From: Ascidiella aspersa | Lineage: Eukaryota | Assembly (NCBI GenBank): GCA_963924565.1 | Contig: OZ004610.1 | Coordinates: 12,090,001 to 12,154,000, forward strand | DNA: 64,000 nt | Direction of reading: 5' to 3' | Shown: positions 1-18,800 of the stretch, one piece after another | Layout of the letters: every line of letters begins with the position of its first letter | How positions within the stretch are numbered: the first letter of the stretch is position 1 | Notes under the pieces: generated by a model | Seen by the model: the letters and a program-made list of their open reading frames with translations, nothing else | Database searches by the model: none | What the model was told of the DNA's origin: nothing | Translations under genes and position numbers: made by a program

Positions 1-344
1 TGCAAAAATAATGCCAACCAGGTAGCATAGCCGGAATCAGTATTTCCTTGGTATCAAGCGGGCATAGGTATGTGAGCTATACGGTTTATAATCTCGCGCT
101 GCGAAATTTACCTAGGAAGTCACCTGTTTATAATCAAATTGGCAACTGATTGCATTTAGAACTAAATAGCTTTAAACAAAAAAATCTAAAACAATATGTA
201 TTTTAAGGATACAGAACATAAAACTTAATATACTTGTTGCATTTTGATTTATCAAGTAATTTGTCATTACTTGTGTTATTTTACAAGCAGTTATTGTAAA
301 ATATGTCGGTTATTTTTTTAACATATTGGATTTATCCTGCATAG

Positions 345-1094
345 CAGTGGTCGGCAACCGCCGGTCCGTAGCAGGGTTGCCAGATTAAATTTTGAAAAGT
401 ACAAAAACAATTAAACCCTTTTTTTATATTTAAAACTCGCTCACTTTCGTTTAAATATACCCTTGGTTAATCTTTATGATAAAAAATAACAATTAGTATC
501 AAGCTCTCGTGAGTTTCAAAACAAGGTGTGCTGTGGCCACTTTTTTTTAGTTGCATATATAGGCTAAAAAAAGTCCCTTAAAGAAATGAATTATTATTTT
601 GATATTTAAGCAGGAAAGGTTTCAAAAAATCTATGGCTTTGAATTTTAATTAGTTTTAGCAAGCCTTTATAAAATGACAGAAAAAAGCCGAAAAGCTGAA
701 TGTATTTTCTAAAATTAAAAAAAGGTAAAAAATCTGGCAAGCCTTGTACGTAATTTTCAGGTGTACTTTTTCATTTTTGCCATTAAAGTTTTGTATTACG
801 CAACTATAGAAAATGTCGTGTAGGGCTGGTGTAAAGAAAAACCTTATCTAAAATACTTTCTTATATAATAAAAAGTGTGACTTGTTACAAAAGAATGGCC
901 TGGAAAAACGGCTCAAATAAGCCGCGGATTGGGTTTAAAGTTTGACGGGCCAGATGCCGCCCGCGTTAAAAGTTCGCATTGCAAAAAGTTGTAATAAATC
1001 TCCTTGATCAACATTTGTTTATATTTAAGGCCGGTCCGCGGCAAAATTTCAGTTTTAAACCGGTCCGCAGGGCAAAAAAGGTTGCCGACCACTG
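345..1094. mobile_element. Non-autonomous hAT (Charlie/Buster-like) MITE carrying a nested element
   Basis: TIRs CAGTGGTCGGCAACC (345) and GGTTGCCGACCACTG (ends 1094); flanks CTGCATAG / CTCTATAG (6/8 TSD); subterminal CGGTCCGC motifs. Confidence 0.85.
372..745. mobile_element. hAT-type MITE nested inside 345-1094
   Basis: Left end CAGGGTTGCCAGATT, right end AATCTGGCAAGCCTT; degenerate 8-bp TSD GTCCGTAG / GTACGTAA. Confidence 0.7.
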
Positions 1095-1844
1095 CTCTAT
1101 AGAATTTTAAACCCGAAAAAAATGACTTGCTGTATAGTGTATAGTCGTATAATTCAGTAGTATTAGTCCTCGTTCAGTCATTATTTGGAATGTAACTAAA
1201 CTTATTATTGCTAAAGCTAATTGTGGACAAATACCTTGGTCAAAATACCTTTGATTACATCAACTATCCATTTTATTAATGGCAGGCTGCACCAGGCGCG
1301 GGGTTTTAGGTTTAAAGTTTTAGGTTGGAAATGTGTTACTTTCAACACAAAGATTATATTACGAAATGTTATCGATTCCCACAAATCAAAAAACGCCTTT
1401 ATATTGTTTAAGCTGCCAAAACCTTCATTGTAGGTGCGATGAGGCGCACGACGTCTTTAGGCTAAAAAAATAAACAAATTCTCGCGAAACGCGATTTTTT
1501 ACATTTACGTAGTGAAAATAGTCAAAAAATATAGTTTGGGAACATGACCAATCCCTGGCCTGCACACGGCACGCTTATTGGCCACATGGAGTAACAGTTT
1601 TCACTTATTTTAAATAGATACAACTTGTTTGCGTATTGCGCGATCGATCACTATAATACTTGCTGTAAACATTGGCGAAAGTAACAATTTGCATAATTTA
1701 TTCACAGGACCGTGACCCACAAAACACCAGATCATCCATAAAACTATATTTGTTTCCCAATTTTCACTACGTAAACTCTAAACACAACCTTTATTTTACT
1801 TTTACACGTTACTATGTTTGTTCCCGTTTTAAGAAACTATATAC

Positions 1845-2334
1845 CAGTGGTTATCAACCTTTTTTTCACTGCGTACCACCTCGAGCTTCTATGATCTTGT
1901 TGCTTACCAACAAAATGTCGAAAAACTCAACTTTACTCAAAATGTATATAGGATTATTAACAGGGGTGGATTAGCTAATTAGTTAGCCCGGAAATTCCAA
2001 AACAAATGCGGCCCACCTCAAAAAAGTTTCTCTTTTTCAACTTGCAAGATACTGGTAGTCAAGTTTTGTAATTCTTTGTTGTTTTGCTATGATGTCATAA
2101 AAGAAATTTGCATAGATGTTCCGGAAAGACAATAGTTCCTATTGTTAAAGAAGCATAAAAAATTTAACTATACAATCGTTACGATGAATGTATAGTTTAC
2201 AATAAAAAAAAATGCTTAACCCTTTATTAAAACTGTAATTTTACTTCAAAATATATGCTGCGTATAGCGTACCACCCAAAATGACTTCGCGTACCACTAG
2301 TAGTGGTACGCGTACCACAGGTTGAGAACCACTG
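1845..2334. mobile_element. hAT (Charlie-like) MITE
   Basis: TIRs CAGTGGTTATCAACC / GGTTGAGAACCACTG; perfect TSD CTATATAC (1837-1844, 2335-2342); GCGTACCAC subterminal repeats. Confidence 0.9.
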
Positions 2335-2769
2335 CTATATACAGTCCAAAAGTGCTATGCATGACTGCGTGTACTATATGGCATGTTGAGCTTGACTTAA
2401 ACTCTAAATAAGACTATAAATACCGTTATTTCGAACATAATATGTGAATCTATTTTATGTTTTATGCATTACTTATCCTTGTAAATCGAATGTTTTGCCA
2501 ATTCTAATCAAATAAATCCACATTTTCACACTTCGTGCAATTAGACTGCATTTATAAATCGCATATTTGAGTAAATTGCTTTATGATGTCACAATATTAC
2601 TTTGGAACGCCATTCCTGTTAAATTTCATCAACTTCAGTAGCCCTATTCATCCCGCGAATTTAATTTTTGCTTGTTACGGCCCTTGCAGAATTTTGAAGT
2701 GTGCACGCCTGATTTATAGTAATTACGTCATTTGATATTGGATCGAACCGCGATACTGTTTGTCTAAAA

Positions 2770-3406
2770 CAGGAGTCGTCGATGTAATTCATCCGGCCCG
2801 CCGCCTCTTTGACAATTTAGACACGAGTCCGTTTCACATACTTTTTGACTATTTTAGCGCGACATCCTTCTCCATCCGGTTTGTTTACGTTTTAATGTTG
2901 TCTTTTCACCTATATCAGCGCTTGTTTACCGTTGCGCCGTGGAAGGCAGTCAAGTGCGTCACGGAAAAAACGCATTCAAAATGTTGGACGTATATTTTTT
3001 ATCATTTTTTTTATTTTCGGTAATGTAATAAAAACTTTCAAGAAATTTAAAAGAAATGCGTGTATACCAAAAAAATCGCGCTCGCTTCGCTCGCCAGGTG
3101 TGCCAAAACTGAGTTATATTAACTTTAAATGTTAGCGCGTTCCCTCAAAGGAGTTTTATTACTTTTCGTTAGTAGTATGGATGACGACGTGTCAACTCGA
3201 ATTTTAAACCAAACAAACGTTTTTTGTCGCTCTTTGCGCCAACACTTTACAGCCTTCTTAAATGTTATTACAATCCCAGGTCCGGCTGATTCACAGTTGT
3301 TTTAACATGAAAATAACACAATTCTTAGTTATCATCTTGTGCGGCCCACAGAGATCTTTTTGAGTTTGGTTTCGGCCCGCGACTAGAAAAAGGTTGCCCA
3401 CCCCTG
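2770..3406. mobile_element. hAT MITE
   Basis: Perfect TSD GTCTAAAA (2762-2769, 3407-3414); right end GGTTGCCCACCCCTG, degenerate left end CAGGAGTCGTCG; CGGCCC motifs. Confidence 0.8.
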
Positions 3407-3983
3407 GTCTAAAATATGGGCTTCGGAATAAAATGTCAGGTATCATAAATCTCAAATAAAAACCTATAGATATTTGCTGTTGAAATTATTCACTATATAG
3501 AGTCCGCTTTTCCGCTAGATGTCTAGCTAGGGAGTTTTTAGTATTCTCTGTTGCCCAGTGTGTTACAACTGAGTCATATAGTAGCATGACATCTATACAA
3601 GCCCATGTTAGATGTACATTGATTTGGGTTCTAATCTAAGAAATAACCTAAAAAAGGAATTATGAGTAGGCCTACAATACCAGTAGCGTAGCCAACCATC
3701 AATTTAGGGTGGGGTCTACTAAATTACTTTAAACGAAAAATACTTTATATAACATATTTTTTTGTATTTGGCCATCAAATAAACTTGACATTAAGCCTAT
3801 CCAAAGTTTTAAAATACTGGTTAAACGCTTTGAGCCTAAACTGAATAAAATACAACGCAAATCACAGAAATAACATTTAAGAGCAAAATTAATGGACTAA
3901 AAATAATGTATGAAGCTAGGTCATGCGCGACATAATAGTACTTAGCAATCGAGCGAACAAGTTAAAGATGCGGTGGCTCAGAC

Positions 3984-4317
3984 CAGGGAGTCGAAGCGTT
4001 TGACTTTTCCGGTTCAGGTCCGGTTACGGTTCAAGGATTTTTTCGGAACCCGATTCAGTTCCGGTTTCGGTTTCCACCGATTTAAAAGTTTCCGGTTTAT
4101 AACTTGACTCGGTAAAATACCAGTTGTAACGTCATGCTGGAGTGAACCGCTTGTTTGACATTTTCGAGTTCGGTTAAGGTTCTTTTAAAATATTCGGTTC
4201 AGTTCCGGTTCGGCTCCTTAAAATCTTGCTAAAAACGGTTCAGGTTGGTTACGGTTCGGAAAAAATGACCCAAAACCCGTTCATAAAGTTCCGGTTTGAT
4301 ACCGGTTCGACTCCCTA
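3984..4317. mobile_element. hAT (Ac-like) MITE with internal CGGTT repeats
   Basis: TIRs CAGGGAGTCGAA / TTCGACTCCCTA; TSD GCTCAGAC / TTTCAGAC (6/8); many CCGGTT/CGGTTC motifs inside. Confidence 0.8.
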
Positions 4318-7300
4318 TTTCAGACCAATTGTTGCATACGTTCCGGTTGAAAAAATTACTTGGTTTCAATAAGAAAAGTAGCCGGACCTGCTAGTAAGCC
4401 ATTTTTTTCCAAAAATGTTGCAAGCGCAATCTTTCTGACTTATTAGCAATATCTATGTAGTACATTTAACCTTATGCCGTACCGAACGTTTAAAACATGT
4501 GACGTAACGCAATATGACATTTACTTTTTGAACGCAAGAGTATAATAATGGAACAAACGTTTGGCATACGAATAGTTTAATATTTTCCAAATTTAAAACT
4601 AAACTGAAATTGTGTAATTTTTTATTAATTCTTCAAACCGGCAAAAATCACAAAGGCAAATCGATGTGAATAATTTCAATCGATTTTAAATAGTTCTATT
4701 ATATGTGGCTATTCTACATCCGGACTAGTTTGGCCGGGGCGTTGGCTAAAGGAAAATACAAATAGAAATATAATGAAAGAATCGTAAACCATGAAGTGCA
4801 AAATCCTAGCATGCATGAAATTCATACATTTGTCAGGGTGTGCAGGTAATTTGTGTTGAAATAGAATAAGCATTTCTTTAAAATATTCTGTGTTTAGAGA
4901 CACGCTTTATCGAAGGCGAGGTAAAAAAACATCGAAGTTTCGAGATAAGAAGAGTGCTTGGGAGCAAACTGGCAGAACCCGTTCAGTTTATTGAGATATT
5001 CACCTGACAACTTCAGCTGTTTAAGCAAGATGCAACACAGATATTTTATTATAAAGTTTGCAGCTATGTCTTTACCTTTTTAGATTGTTCTTTTTAAGGT
5101 ATTACTCTAAACACACACACACATATATATATATGAATGTTAAACTCAGTGTCAACAGATTATTTTATCCAAATTCATAGCTTGTACTAGACTGAAAGAA
5201 TGTAAATGAGTTGTGCACAAAAAATACCAAGAAACCAACAAATCAGTACCATATATATATTTAGTGTTACATGATTTACAAGTAAAATAAATTGTAAACA
5301 TATATCAAGGTTCAAGTTCATAAGAAAAAGGTGTTTTGTTTTCTGGAAACATGTACATAATAAATATAGGAAATATGAATGTTTTTATTTTGGTGTACAC
5401 TTTAGCGAACAATAAATAGCCCACATTTTTGCAATGTTATACTTAAAAGTTATTTTGTATGCAAAATATAAAAAAAAATGCTAATTTTTGAGATGAAATA
5501 ATATTAAAAAATTGCAATAGTGTTATTTTGTAAAGAAAAAAAATGCAGATAAAGGTTTATTAAAAACCTGCATATGATTTCAGATGTGGTACACATCTAG
5601 CCAACAAAGTAAACTACTATTTTAAACCCACAGATTTATTATTAACCAATGTTTGCCAAGTACAAATAATTAGTGCACCATAAATTGTTTCTTTATTTTT
5701 AACAAAAATAACTGTTTAATGTGATTACTAATAAGACACTCTTTTGCTTGTGATTTATGGGGAATGTTCATTTCCAGAATTAAAAAAAACTATCTGGTCA
5801 TTTAATCTTTTCTGCTGTTAGGTGTTTGTAAAATTTTTATCAGCTGTTAATTCTATATATTTTAATTGATGGAGTTTAATTTGATCAGATCAAATTGCAG
5901 ATCTATAAGTACAACATTATTTGTTTTTGGTATGCCAACTTAATATTTGTGATGATTCACTTGAATCGCACTAGTTTTGGTAATCTAGTGCCGCAACAGA
6001 AGTTTATATGTTTCATAAAGAAAAAAAAACTTGTATGTAACTCGTTAATCTAATTAGGCATTGAGAACATTTAAACTAGAAAGCCAACTTTAATGGTAAT
6101 GAAATCAAACTTGCACTCACCAGCTGAGCGAGTGTCTACCAGTGTGGCAGAAAGCTGGTGATTATGTCGACCAAAGAATCAGCCAAAATTCTATGAAATT
6201 GGTGCAATAAAAAGTTATTATTAAAAATAACAGCGAAACACTGAATAAAACATTTCAATTTATGTCAAACAAGTTAAACTTATGTGGTTGTGTAAACTGT
6301 CAGTTTAACATTTTGTTGTGTGACATTCTGCAAAAAGGTAAACTGAAAACATGTTGTTAAGGTGGGGAAAATGTAGTTTCAGGCATGTAGTGATTATAAT
6401 TTTGAAAACAACTTGTTGTGTGTCAATTTTACTGTTACAGCACTTAGTAGTACTCCCATTCGACTCGAAAAGTCACTTGCCACAGTCATAATTCCAGTGA
6501 AATAATCATGTAAGACATTTGTGGCCAAAACCTATGCCTCACCCTCCGAAATATGTTTTTGGCTATTTTAACTAGGAAAATATGCCAAAAAAAACAAGAT
6601 AACTTTTTTTGCTATTTTTTATCTGATTAAGGAAATCTATTTATCAGCCCAAAGGTGTTTTAACACTAATGCGGTTATTTTGAGCAATATGTGAATCTCT
6701 GTTCAAAATGCTTGACAATTTAACCCAACAAACACTATTTTTTTGGGACTTTATGAAATTTAGGTGCAAATTTGCTCCACAAGTTAATTTGTGGAACATT
6801 GTAACAGTAAAAAAAAACTTTCACACCCCCCTTATCTATTTGTTAATTTCACAAAAAACTTTTAGATGACTATCACTTGATTATTCCCTTATTTATTGCC
6901 TAAATGGGGTAAGGTCATAAATTGGTGAACACAGCATTATATTTGAGAACGCAAAAAACAAAGAATTAGGCCCCCAAAGAAACTTTCTCTACAGAATGGC
7001 GAACAAGGTTCTACCAGCCTGTTTCATTACTAGCCTGGGAATAAATTACACATGCCAAAGCCAATATGTGTATTCTATCTGTGACAGTTTAGGCTATGGA
7101 TTCGCTGCAATAACCAAACATTACAAATAGTTTGATATTAAATTGTTCTTTGTGAGGTAATTCTTTCTAATATCCAAACATTTAATTTCTATAATGTAAT
7201 ATGTTTGCATGGTAAAGCGCTGATGTTCCGATGAGCAAGCCTAAACCTGAATTCTTTACTACAGAAAGAATCCGTATTTTTTAAAACCTATCGCCGGAAA

Positions 7301-8071
7301 TGAAATATAAAAAAAAATATTTTTTCAACTGACTCACCTACCAGGAACAACTACCTGTCCATGAGTATAAACATACCAACGTTTGTTTTTAAACTTTTTA
7401 CCGTAGTAGAAAGAGATATTAAGCATTTGCTTGAAATCAATGAAATATCTTTTTTATGACTTTGATCGGCTTAAGAAATTTTAGCAAAACTACTAAATGA
7501 GGAGATAATGATATGTTAATATGGAAAATGTTTTGCCTTCGGCGGGTATCATCATAAATCATTTTCTTTTGACTGGCTAGGATATTTTCTCAAGTTGTTT
7601 GTTGTTGATCGACATATATTTTGTAGGTGTGTCGCCGAATAGTTTTACCTCTGTTTGCTTGCCGCAAGTCTAAAAAGGTTGCCCAGCACTGATCTAGAAC
7701 AGTGGTTTCAAGTCTTTGACTTCTGTCACCCTTACCAACATTTACACAGGATAGTTTGTTGTTAATGTACGGTAAGAACACCTGCACACAATGTGAGATA
7801 TTTTGTGTGATGAATTGTAGAGAATGGTGAATATCACTTTTTATATTTTTGCCAACCGTGACCAATATTTTTTCAACCACAGATATGGTAATACTTTAGA
7901 TTAATTAAACATAACATTCAAATGACATTCAGTCTATCTACCTATATTAACTCTTATATTTTTTTAATCATATAACTCTTATTTTGCACTTTGCATCAGG
8001 GCTGCATAAGCATAGTCAGGTCCATTAAATTTTAGGCATTGCATCACGAAGTTATGTTATGATGTTAGGTA

Positions 8072-8235
8072 ATAAAACAATTAATTATTAAGACACCTGT
8101 TATTCAACTTGTGTGCAAATGTACCAAAAAAATATTTTAAATCATGAAAAAGGTTATAAAACAATTAATTATTAAGACACCTGTTATTCAACTTGTGTGC
8201 AAATGTACCAAAAAATTATTTTAAATCATGAAAAA
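8072..8235. repeat. Tandem duplication, 2 copies, 84-bp period
   Basis: ACAATTAATTATTAAGACACCTGTTATTCAACTTGTGTGCAAATGTACC...TCATGAAAAA begins at 8077 and again at 8161. Confidence 0.9.
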
Positions 8236-9075
8236 CACCTGTATGATGTTAAAACGGATATTTTAAAAGATACATGACCCATTTAGCACATAAAAGAGAC
8301 TGACCTGCATATTGCTCGAAATAATGTCAAGCTAAATATAAAAAAAATACGAAAACAGAACAAAGTGTGGGTGAAATGCAAAAAAATCATTGAGGTTAGT
8401 GGTGGCCACAGCCTGGTGTTCCCACCCTCATCATTTTAGTTTTATCAAATAAAGACTAGCCGCACACATAATAGATGAGGCCTTGTCTGTTGTTTCGCCA
8501 GGAGAGTTCCGCAAAACTAGTTTCAGCGATTACAGCTAGTTCTTAGTATTATCAAAATACAGTAACTAGTCTACATGCAGTATATTTGTCATCAACGGTG
8601 AATAAATAAAATGTCCCAGCTTTTTTGATACAATGCTCTTTTTATATAAAATCTCTTAGATGTGAAACAATATGATTTATTTCTCTGGGGTGCGACACAT
8701 ATAGTTATTTTTCAATATTGCTTTTGATATTTATTGCCCTACTGAAAACAGCTTGCGCCTCTTTGCAGTCAATGCTGTCACAATAACTAATTGCAAAAAC
8801 AGATGGACATGCAAGCCTTCGGATTTGCAAAGTTTTCTTTTTTTATGTTGGTGCACAAGTTATTTCATAGTAACATTTAATATTATACTCTTGCAACTCT
8901 CAAACTACTTAGTTGCTCATATAGATCTGTCTTTAATTGACTCTTACTTACCATATTCTAAGGCAAAATATTGTTGACATAATTGAAAAGTTCCACCCTA
9001 TTGAGGTGACAAATTTTACATTTAAACGCTATATTGCTAACAAGCCTACAGAAAAATACAATAGATTGTTTAGAC

Positions 9076-9431
9076 CAGTGCTCTTCAACCTTTTTTGGTT
9101 TGGTGAACCCTTAACGTTGTTGTGATGAACTCATGCACCCTGTTTACTTAAAAGGTAAACTGAGGTAAGAAGCGATATGAAAAATCATTATGCATATCAA
9201 TATCATAATGTCAATTAAACCGAGCGGAGCTGCCGAAGTTTTACACACTGTCGGTGAGAGTTTGATTTTGGCTGCAGGCTGCTTGCGGGTACTATTGCAT
9301 GTCATATAACAGCATTCAACGTCAAATATTAATGATTCATTAAAACTTTGTGATGCACCCCTGTATACCTTTTAGTAATGGTGCACCCCAAGCATATTTT
9401 GGTGCACCGTGCACACCGTTGAAGAGCACTG
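9076..9431. mobile_element. hAT (Charlie-like) MITE
   Basis: TIRs CAGTGCTCTTCAAC / GTTGAAGAGCACTG; perfect TSD GTTTAGAC; TGCACC subterminal motifs. Confidence 0.92.
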
Positions 9432-10842
9432 GTTTAGACAACCACATGGTATTAATTCAGAACAATGGGCATATCATGATAGTCCTGTGTTGTTTTACAA
9501 CTTTTCCATAAGGTCTAACAAAAGTTTATCAAAAAAAAGTTCCTTACTTGCATATAAAGTATACAGATAGAACCAGTTTAGAGTAACACTAAGTGGCGTG
9601 GCCACAAGCCGCAGGTTAGACACCCTTCCTTTTTCATTTTAAAAATAATGCTAATTTTATCCAGCAAAATATAACTGTTTGTTTTTTCATGTTCATCAGA
9701 CCTTCTAAACTACATTTCTTGAATAAACATAAACCCAACCAATCCATGTCTAACTTTTTCTGTTTTTGTGCACTCACAAAAATCAGTTGGCGATTTTCCA
9801 TTGTTTTTAATTGTTTTTAATAGGGTTTAATTTAAAGGCCTCTAGTTTAGTGTGGATTTAAACATTGTTTCAAAATTTATATTACATCCAATTATATGAT
9901 GGCAAATTAAGCTTGGTGAAATGTGTGGTCCAACCTGGTAGAAACACTCTTACAAAAAGCATGCCTAAGGCTACAATTTGAAAGTTCAGTTTATTGTTTT
10001 AGTACAAATTGTTGCATACTTGTTTTCTATTGCGATATATGTCTTTTACAAAATATTAAATTAGGTGGCAGTTTTATTTCTATTTGTGTAAGTTTATCTG
10101 GTAAACTGTTATTGGTAAAGTTTTTAAATTGTGTAAAACTTTTTCAATTCCAGTGTTTTACTTATAGCTAACCATAATTTCTGGTAACTCTAGGTCTTTC
10201 CACCTGTGTTGAATATATTATATGAAAATAAAGACACAAATATATGTTACAAAGCATTTTCTTCATGTTAAATAATATATAGTTTTAAAATCCTATTTGT
10301 ATGTATCATTAAAAAAATTGGAGCCGGACAGATAGAATTTGTGAAGTCGTAGACACACTCTTGCTATAGTCATATTGTAGTTGTAGGTTTTTTAAACTTT
10401 GTTTGTGTGTAAAAAGTTTAATAATAAAATATGGTGAATGCCTTGTATCCCTGATAACGCCTAAATTACAAATACTATTAAGTTTTATGCGATGCATCAC
10501 GATATTAAAAGTGTTGAACCGCTTATTAGGCGTGTACAAACCTGGCTATTTCGAGTATGTTAAAAAAATTAATAAAGCATCCATTATGCAATATACAAAA
10601 TAAAAACCTGTACTAACTGTTTTTTTCTATATTTACAGCCTAGCAGTTTAAGGTAACTAGCAATTGTATTTTTCTGTTTTTGCTGTATGGAACTGTACTG
10701 GCTGGCTATTCTACAAACTTGACCAACATATTTCTGACTTTTAAAGTCAACATATAATCAGTGATCAGTATTGCTGCTGCTATATAGCGACGTGTCTTTT
10801 AAGTAGGCACTACTGAGCCTATCTAAAACAAATCTAATAAGT

Positions 10843-15845
<5,003 letters not shown>

Positions 15846-18800
15846 TGGACGCGAGACGGTCGCCGCTGCCGTACATTGTCAGACGCTCCTTTGCACGGCG
15901 CCAAACTGCGCGGCGCAGCTCGACAAACACCCTGAAAAACTAAAAACACACCCCCTGTCTTCTCTATTGTTTCGCGCGACCGAAATTGATAAACGGCCAA
16001 CGCGCGCGGGACCCCGAGTTGCCACACATTCTCCTGCGCCTCGATGCATCAGCCGATGATGATGATGATGATGATGTTGTTGTTTGTTGTTGCACCTCCT
16101 CCTGGATGACGATGATGATGCAGGAATATTGTGGCGCGAGAATCCCCCCCCCCCTTCGATTAACGCCGCCACTCTCTTTCCCCCTCTCCTCTTTCTCTTT
16201 TCGCTCTCTTTTATGACTTTGTTTTCGTATATATATTTGCAGTGAATTTTATCGGGTAAGCAGAACTGGGAATTCTCGGATCTGCTAGCAACTTCGTACG
16301 ATCCTTGTTTAGTATCCTTTAAATCTATCTCTATGCCCCGCCTCCCACTGACCCCCCCCCTGATCTGACCCTACAACTACCCCCGCCCTAGTTTACTGAT
16401 GCGATTATTTCTGTAGCCCCTGCATTTATGCTTTACCCCCGCACCTTCTTTCTCCCAGAAGCTTTCAGGCGACCATCGTATACTAACTTTGCGGAAACCT
16501 CGCTGCCGGTCTACTACCCTTTGCTCCTGCGTGAAATATCGACGTGTCAATCTTATTTTTTTCATTTACATGGTTATTGTGTCAGTCTTTTTCCCTCCTG
16601 CATGAAATCCTCTTAACTCTTTTTACATATGACGACGGCGACGACGAAACGATGGAATTTTAGACAATGTTTTGTTTCTCTTTCTCTGTCTCTCTCTAGG
16701 TATTTATATGTGTTTGCTGTTGTTATGGCTTATGAGAAGTTTTTTGAGGTGTTGTGGCAAAGTGTTCATCCCGACTTGCTCGCATCGTTCAAAGCCCGAC
16801 CCCAACACCCCAAAACCTCTTATCTCCACACGCCGTTTAAGGTGATATTGGAACGCCACCTGACCATTTATCAGAGATTGTAACGCTCACCCGCGATTTT
16901 GTTTCGGGCCGTTTAATGTTTGACTTTTTTAGGCCGCCTATTGTTAGTAAGTCATCTATATATGCTGCTTACCAAAATGCACGCACCTCTGAAAAGTTAA
17001 GCAGTCGGTCCCGCTTCAAGCGACCCGCTCATTTTTGTAACACGGAACAAAATTTGAACCCCAAGTAAAAAGAAAAACGCCGCACGGTCCGGCGCCCACT
17101 CACTATGTGCAATAAATGTCCGGTTGTTATGCTAGAAGCCCACCAAAAGCCGATATACATATATTTTCAGTTATATATATATATGAGCGACTTTTAGTGT
17201 GCAAAAAACGCCGTCTCTATATTTTATCATTCTTTCCAACATCAACGAACGAACTTACTTTTTAAATAAATTTACTCGGATTTATTACAGCATGCCCATT
17301 CGCTTGGTAAACGTAAAGCGCCGGTCCATTTACTCATGCCCCGTTCTTTGTCAGTCACGCTATCGGCGGCGACATCAGGTCCGCCGAAATCAGGTCAAAT
17401 ATTTGTGTCACTCATCGGCGGATTAATAAAGTAACCGCCGCAGCTCCTTGCCCAACAAGGTCTTCTCCAAAACCGATCGCTGTCGCCCAATCAATTTTCG
17501 TTAGCGGAGAAACGTGATTTTCCGTTTTTCCCTTGGAGTGCGCACAAAATCAGCTATTACCAGCAACATGCCCAACCATTTCGCGCGCGCCCCCTTTCTT
17601 GTATATCGCATGGCGTTTGTTAATATCTCTATACGTTTATATGCTTGTGTATATCCTCTTAGCGCATGTTACACAGAAAGGCGATGATGGTAATGTGCTT
17701 CAAAAATTCTAACATATTTTCTCAACCAGTAATGTTACCCAGCACACGGTTTTTAACACATGCTGCCAAACCATTGATTTTAAGCAAAAAGCGCGCCATG
17801 AACAGTAAGTTTTAAAAGGCGGTCTAAACCTGTCTTTTGTTTGTTGAAAGTCGTTGCTTGACGGTAATCATGTCGTGGTTATTAGCTGTGAATTGTTGGA
17901 TCTTGCCGCTGGGACGTCGAGCAGCACTTATATTTAGATTGTCGTTAAACAACGTTTTGGTAAAAGAAAGACGATCGCCAACAACGAAATGACAAATCGA
18001 TTTGCAATTGCACGGGAGGCCGAAATATATCGACCTTACGGCTGGCCATCGCTTGACCGCTGGCGCCTGATCCTCAAAGCCCGCGTACTCATTTGGGATT
18101 AAAATACAAGCCGCATCGTCAAACCGCTTAAAACACTGCGGCAATCGAGAGCCAAGCACCCAAATCCGATCCCATCCCGTCACATTACGTTGACACAGAG
18201 CACGATCATGGTGCGTCATAACAGTCGTTTCGCGCGCGTGCGTGCGGATATCTCGCAGCCTCACGCCCGCTCCCCACTCGGTTTCCCTTTCGATGGCGCG
18301 CGCATCAGTTTTGTTTCCATTTACCACACATATTCCCCAATTCTAAATCATGAAGCACTCCTATTTGCTTGCATATTAAAGTAGGGTCCTCTTGTGTTTT
18401 GCTGCATTGAGATTTGCCCCTATCCTCTGTTGCGCAACGATCATCCCCACCAGCAGTCGTTTTCTGTTTCTCGGGAAACGGGTGACAGTCATTCGTTTCC
18501 AGTTATGTCTGATGTTTTATTTTTTTTTATCTTTATCTCCTACCGACATTTTATGCCCTTACCGTCTCTTGTGTGTCCGTCTGGTAAGAAAAAGTGACAA
18601 AAGTATGCTCTGTTTAAGTTGAACCGAACTTTCAATCGAAACCTTGGCTTTGATTCTTTTATTTTTCGCCCCCCAAATCAAGAAACGCGTTCAGAACGAC
18701 AGTTAGTTATCGTTACCGCCCTCCCTTGCTATGTTGCTTTAAAGATACTTTTCTTTCTTGCTTGTTATTATATTCGTGTGCTAATCTTCTTCGTTCGTGT

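Noticed and set aside
3984-4317. Spaced short repeats resembling a CRISPR array (also 21796-22279)
   Set aside because: Repeats are 5-6 bp, irregularly spaced and enclosed by TIRs and TSDs, so they are transposon subterminal motifs in a eukaryotic context.
17824-18327. 167-aa minus-strand ORF in the GNB1 3' region
   Set aside because: No motif, no splice context; lies in CpG-rich UTR-like sequence.
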